Source of the DNA: Anthoceros angustus
Taxonomy: Eukaryota > Plantae > Anthocerotophyta
Reading direction: 5' to 3'
DNA: 64,000 nucleotides
NCBI GenBank assembly: GCA_010909165.1
Contig: MU008160.1
Location: 1,240,001 to 1,304,000 of the forward strand
The notes under the pieces were generated by a model. The model was not told the DNA's origin, did not search any database, and was given only the letters and a program-made list of their open reading frames with translations. Numbering within the stretch: position 1 is the first letter of the stretch; each line of letters begins with the position of its first letter. The translations under genes and the position numbers were made by a program. Positions 59,777 through 64,000 of the stretch are shown here, piece after piece.

Positions 59777-59990
59777 GCATCCCCAGGGTCAGGCAGGGCC
59801 GAAGAAGTTATCATCCAAAATGAAGAAAGGAGGACCCATCACCTGCAGATCTTCTGTGCAGGCCTAGCGAGAAGCTATCACACGCTCTAAATAGCACACC
59901 TGCATGGACCACTGTTATCATCGTGAAAGATTTGCGGCTCTGGCACCTGGGAATCTATTTATTATGAGCAGGGGTCGAAGTTGGAAAGTC
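59777..59990 (+). pseudogene. Decayed DYW deaminase sequence behind the stop codon
   Basis: A shifted frame reads PSEKLSHALNSTPAWTTVIIVKDLRLW, recognisable as HSEKLA...TP...IVKNLRxC with the Zn-ligand His and Cys lost. Confidence 0.7.
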
Positions 59991-62843
59991 CCCATGCAAG
60001 ATGGCTGCTCATGGATTTCTCTGTATGCGATACCTCATATCCCCAGGCACATTTACATGCCATGGAAAAATATCTGTATGTGTGTCACTTATTCTCAGGT
60101 GGACAAGTTCCCGTGCAACCAGATCCTGCGATGGCAGGTTTCCTCTAGATTGATGTTTTTACTCTGGTTGCCAAGGCCCGATCCCTTCCTGTGGTATTCC
60201 TTGATCTCTGAATATGTTGACCACAGGCAGGCTAAGTTAGGCATACGGGTGTATGATGACAAGCAGAGGGCAATTGTGGATCCAGAAGGACATGTACCTG
60301 TGGCAGCACTCAGACTGTAGATGGATGGCAATACAGCAATTGATGAATTCAAGATTGTTGCACACCGGTGTAGAAACGAAGGGTTTCTCGGCCCATGTCC
60401 TGGGCCTGCTGGGCATAAGTAGCCTCCCTCATATCATTGCATTCACGTGACCGATTGGGATTAGCAATCTTGCCATGGGGCAGTCTAGGACTCCAGGTCA
60501 CCCGTCGAACTTCCCCAAGCAGCCACTGAGAGCTCCCGCCCTTTGCATCCATATTTGTATACATAGATGTCCATCAAGCACCTGCTAACAAATCGGGCTC
60601 AGCAAAACTTTGTCCTTCGCGTCATCGTAGTAGTCTTAAAGCACCATTTGTACCCTGGGCCTCCTGGATCATGGCTGCCGCAAACTCTGTTGCATGCAAA
60701 CTTCTGGACGACAGCGTAATTGATCAATGTTACTTACTCTTCATCAAGAAGCTGGATATCAAAGCTGCACTGGATAGCAATTAAACAAAACTTGGCGTTG
60801 GCGTGCTGGCATTCTTGAATGCCCTCTAGACAGCACAAAACTTGGCACGAAACGGTGTGCAACTGTTTTCTAACTCCGTTCGCAGCCCTTCTGTGGCTCT
60901 CGACCTCCGGCCTCCCCCTGGCTTATTCTAAGCGATACAATATACATATTCCACCGAAGCAGCTCTCTCCCCGCACAGGTCACAGGTCGCCCGTGGAGAA
61001 GTGCTAAACTGCAGTATCCTGGGACGTGAACCAAATTCTTGAGTACATGGGACAAAAAACTTCCACTTCCATGGTGGAATTCGTGCTAGACTGGGCTGGG
61101 TGATTTCAAATTTTACAGTAGATCGATCGATCAAGAACATTAAGCAACGGTCAGACTAGGAAACTCAAGATTGATCAGTTGTCCCAGCAGTTGACGTGAT
61201 CACACTTGTACTTTAAGTACCAACTACTTATGATATCTGCTTCTTCTACAGGTATACATTAGCAAGGTCTACAGGTAATGTACCCCTCTTGCGAGCATCA
61301 GCGTTGCTAAACGGTAACTCTACAACCCAACTGCAGCTCCTCACCAGTAATGCAGTCCACCAACTAAGGCTTGCCTGGCAGTGCATTTTCATCTTGAAAA
61401 CGCAATGCAGGGATCAAAACATGGCTGCATTCAAAGAGCAGTGTACCTGCAGCGCTGTCGTCTGGAAGGAGTTTAGTCCATCTGCAAGGCACTTGGATAT
61501 GTATGCCGGCTTTCACCACTCACTCAAATGCTAGCGCTGTCCATGGGCGTATACCCTCCTGGGATGTATGTACATGTCACCACATCAAGTCTACACGATT
61601 CACGACTGTGCTGTGCAAGGTCGATCGAGCTAACCATTTCGATCCAAGTTTCCACCGAAGTCGCTTAAAGAGGAGAGCTCGAGTCCGCAGGTTTGCTATA
61701 TATGCTCTGCCCCAGCCCGCTCTACTGCTTTCTTGCTTGCGCAAAGAAAAAACTCTGCCTTGCCCCAAAAGCTTGCCCGGAATATCGTGGTCCACATATA
61801 GGGAGGTGTGGTACCTAGGGTACGGTCCGGCCCAAGCCTCCCCCGGCTGGGTGGGTTAAAGTTCCCGTCGCTGCCCTGGAGGTGTGGTATCTAGGATACG
61901 GTCCGGCCCGAGCCTCTAGCCTTCCTCGGTGGGTTGAAGTTCCCGCCACCCCAAGCACGTCATTTAAAACACTGTGAGGCTTGCAATCGATGCAAGTTTG
62001 CAGAGAGGTCAGTGAAAGCGGATAGCGCGATCGCAAGTTTGCTATGCTCTCTGCCCTCTGCTACTCCTTTCTTGCTTTTCTTGGATGCGCGGAGATTAAT
62101 CGGGTTGGTGTCTGTCCCCCGCGCGCTTTCTGATGAACAGCACATAAGCAGTCTGATCAGCAGCGTCTGATGCTCGTGTGGTGTTTTGTTCAGGTCTGAT
62201 GTGTTTCGCAGGACGTCGCAACCTTACATGGAGCGCCAGCTCGCAGGCCCTAGGCTAGGCCGGTCGTAGTCTCCGATCGCGACCGTCCATCGGCTCTGGA
62301 TTCAGCTGGCCGCAACAGACGCACAAGCTGCAGGTTAGTTCAATTCCTCCTTGCACGCCTGGGAGCGCAAGTAGTATCAGGTTTACGCCGGGAGTGTTCT
62401 GGATTCATTCTCTTCATGCTCTTCATTCTTCTAGTTTTGGAACTTGAGAGTCGGCGGGAAGGAGGAGGAGCCCTTGATCAGCAGAGCTCTGTGTCTCCTC
62501 CGAGATCGACTTGCAGGACGTGCTGTGCGAACGCCTGGATTCAGCTGGCAGCAACAAAAGCACAAGCTGCAGGCTAGGTTAGGTCAAATTCTTCCACGCC
62601 TGTCGTCGCTAGCGGTGATCTTGGATTCGTTGTCTTGCATCGAACTTAGGCGTAGGAATGATGGGAAAAACCCTTGATCAGCAGCTGTGCATGCGCAGGA
62701 CTTGGCAACCTTGTAGAAGCCACGGGCCAGCAGCAGCGCTGTGAGCCCGTAGCCCTTGGCCCCTCTTCCAGGATCTCGAGCCTTGGATCGTGTAACTTCC
62801 CACTGTTGCCAGTATTATTCTACTGCAGGTTTTCTAAAGTTCG

Positions 62844-64000
62844 ATGCCTAAAGGCAAAGCGAAGGGCAAAGCCTATCACAATGCTGAGGATGTTCATGAA
62901 GTCCCCTGGCTATGGGTAGACGAGTGGATGGAGCTGCTCATCCGGAACGACTATTATCTTCAAGTACCTCGAGATGCAGGGACACCGGAGGGCAGCACGG
63001 ACACCAGTAGTACTCCACCGTTACCTTGGCTGTTCTTCAAAGCCGATCAACATTGCTCAACTCCCTATTTGTTGTCAGTGGAGGAAATCGCGGAGACGAT
63101 CACGAGGATCAAGGGAAGGAGACCTCCGCCAGCCCCGCCCACCATGGAGGACTTGCAAATGACGGTGAGAGCTTTGGAGGCGAGCTCGACGTGGACCAAG
63201 CCGGTGAAGAAGCCGCGGAGAAAAAGAGCTCGAACTAGTGGTGAGGGCTGCAGCTTCGCGGGCCAGGAAGGGGCTGCTGATGTCCAGGCAGGGGCTGCTC
63301 ATGTCCAGGAAGGGGCTGCTCATGTCCAGGTAGGGGCTGCTGATGTCCAGGCAGGGGCTGCTCATGTCCAGGAAGGGGCTGCTGATGTCCAGGCAAGGGC
63401 TGCTCATGTCCAGGCAGGGGCTGCTGATGTCCAGGCAGGGGCTGCTCATGTCCAGGCAGGGGCTGCTCATGTCCAGGAAGGGGCTGATGTCCAGGAAGGG
63501 GCTGGTGACCAGGACTCGATTGCTAAGGAAACTTATTACGGAGTGCAATGGCATATTGGGAACCAGAGACACGAAGTGCAGATCCAGACGCCTTTGGACT
63601 CGCGTAATCCTAGAACGGGTTACAGGCAGACGTATGTGGGGAGTTTTGATACTCCAATAATGGCAGCCGTGTTCAGGGACCTAGTGCAGATCAAGCTCTA
63701 CCTATCTGGGCTCAGGATGCAAAAACGAGTTCGAGTGAAGGTGAATTTTACAGAGCGTCACATGTTACAGGAGTATTTGGAGCGCCTGCAACGGCCAGAA
63801 TGGGTGGCTCTTACGGATTGGCGAGAAGTTCTCCAATACGTCAAGAGGGAAGCGCAACCTGGACGCAGCATCGTACCCCGTCATTTATGCGGAGACCTGC
63901 CACACGGTGTGTACATCAGAGGAAGGTGCCAAACCATTGCTGACATACCTGATCGACAGTCCCGAGGCACTAAGTATGAGGCTCATGTGTTCGATACCAA
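62844..64000 (+). CDS. Divergent double AP2-like domain protein, paralog 3 (runs off window end; absent from ORF track)
   Basis: Manual translation: MPKGKAKGKAYHNAEDVHEVPWLWVDEWMELL...PPLPWLFF...PPPAPPTMEDLQ...YYGVQWH...YVGSFDTPIMAAVFRD...LQRPEWVALTDWREV...LPHGVYIRG...KYEAHVFD, open to 64000. Confidence 0.85.
   Translation, partial: MPKGKAKGKAYHNAEDVHEVPWLWVDEWMELLIRNDYYLQVPRDAGTPEGSTDTSSTPPLPWLFFKADQHCSTPYLLSVEEIAETITRIKGRRPPPAPPTMEDLQMTVRALEASSTWTKPVKKPRRKRARTSGEGCSFAGQEGAADVQAGAAHVQEGAAHVQVGAADVQAGAAHVQEGAADVQARAAHVQAGAADVQAGAAHVQAGAAHVQEGADVQEGAGDQDSIAKETYYGVQWHIGNQRHEVQIQTPLDSRNPRTGYRQTYVGSFDTPIMAAVFRDLVQIKLYLSGLRMQKRVRVKVNFTERHMLQEYLERLQRPEWVALTDWREVLQYVKREAQPGRSIVPRHLCGDLPHGVYIRGRCQTIADIPDRQSRGTKYEAHVFDT
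63270..63497 (+). repeat. Coding minisatellite: 10 x 21 bp plus one 18-bp unit (GAA[D/H]VQ[A/E/V])
   Basis: ggggctgct(g/c)atgtccagg(c/a/t)a units, in frame in paralog 3. Confidence 0.95.

Noticed and set aside
61802-61950. 76-bp two-copy tandem repeat; also a 27-bp pair at ~24545, a 17-bp pair at ~2887 and a 13-bp triplet at ~44800
   Set aside because: Real but low-copy local duplications with no further structure to support a function.
1-64000. tRNA, rRNA or snoRNA genes
   Set aside because: No cloverleaf, rRNA-conserved segment or convincing C/D box pair was recognised by eye; tRNAscan-SE/Infernal would be needed to exclude them.

Overview
Gene-dense nuclear DNA from a plant: short GT-AG introns, GC-rich exons and AT-rich islands. 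PLS-class PPR editing factors with KP- and WW-type DYW variants, plus intronless bacterial-like genes, point to a seedless land plant, most plausibly a hornwort (inference). Recognisable genes are an SSS-family transporter, a QueD-like cupin, a small mitochondrial (probably mitoribosomal) protein, a Cwh43/PGAP2IP-like membrane EEP protein, BIC, a FAHD-family enzyme, FLAP1, HHL1 and VPE/legumain. A PPR cluster holds one intact DYW:KP gene, two deaminase-truncated WW-type genes and one pseudogene. Mobile-element debris includes the 5' and 3' parts of a CRE-like RLE non-LTR retrotransposon (the 5' part next to a TTTAGGG-rich array), a Copia RT/RNaseH remnant and a foldback-like inverted repeat. 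The most unusual items are (1) three paralogs of a divergent intronless double-AP2-like protein with a novel N-terminal block, a shared upstream non-coding module and an expandable linker, and (2) a nine-copy ~199-bp array that starts inside a PPR DYW domain and appears to be built from a collapsed deaminase sequence. No rRNA, tRNA or CRISPR was recognised. All family calls come from motif recognition by eye; no searches were run.
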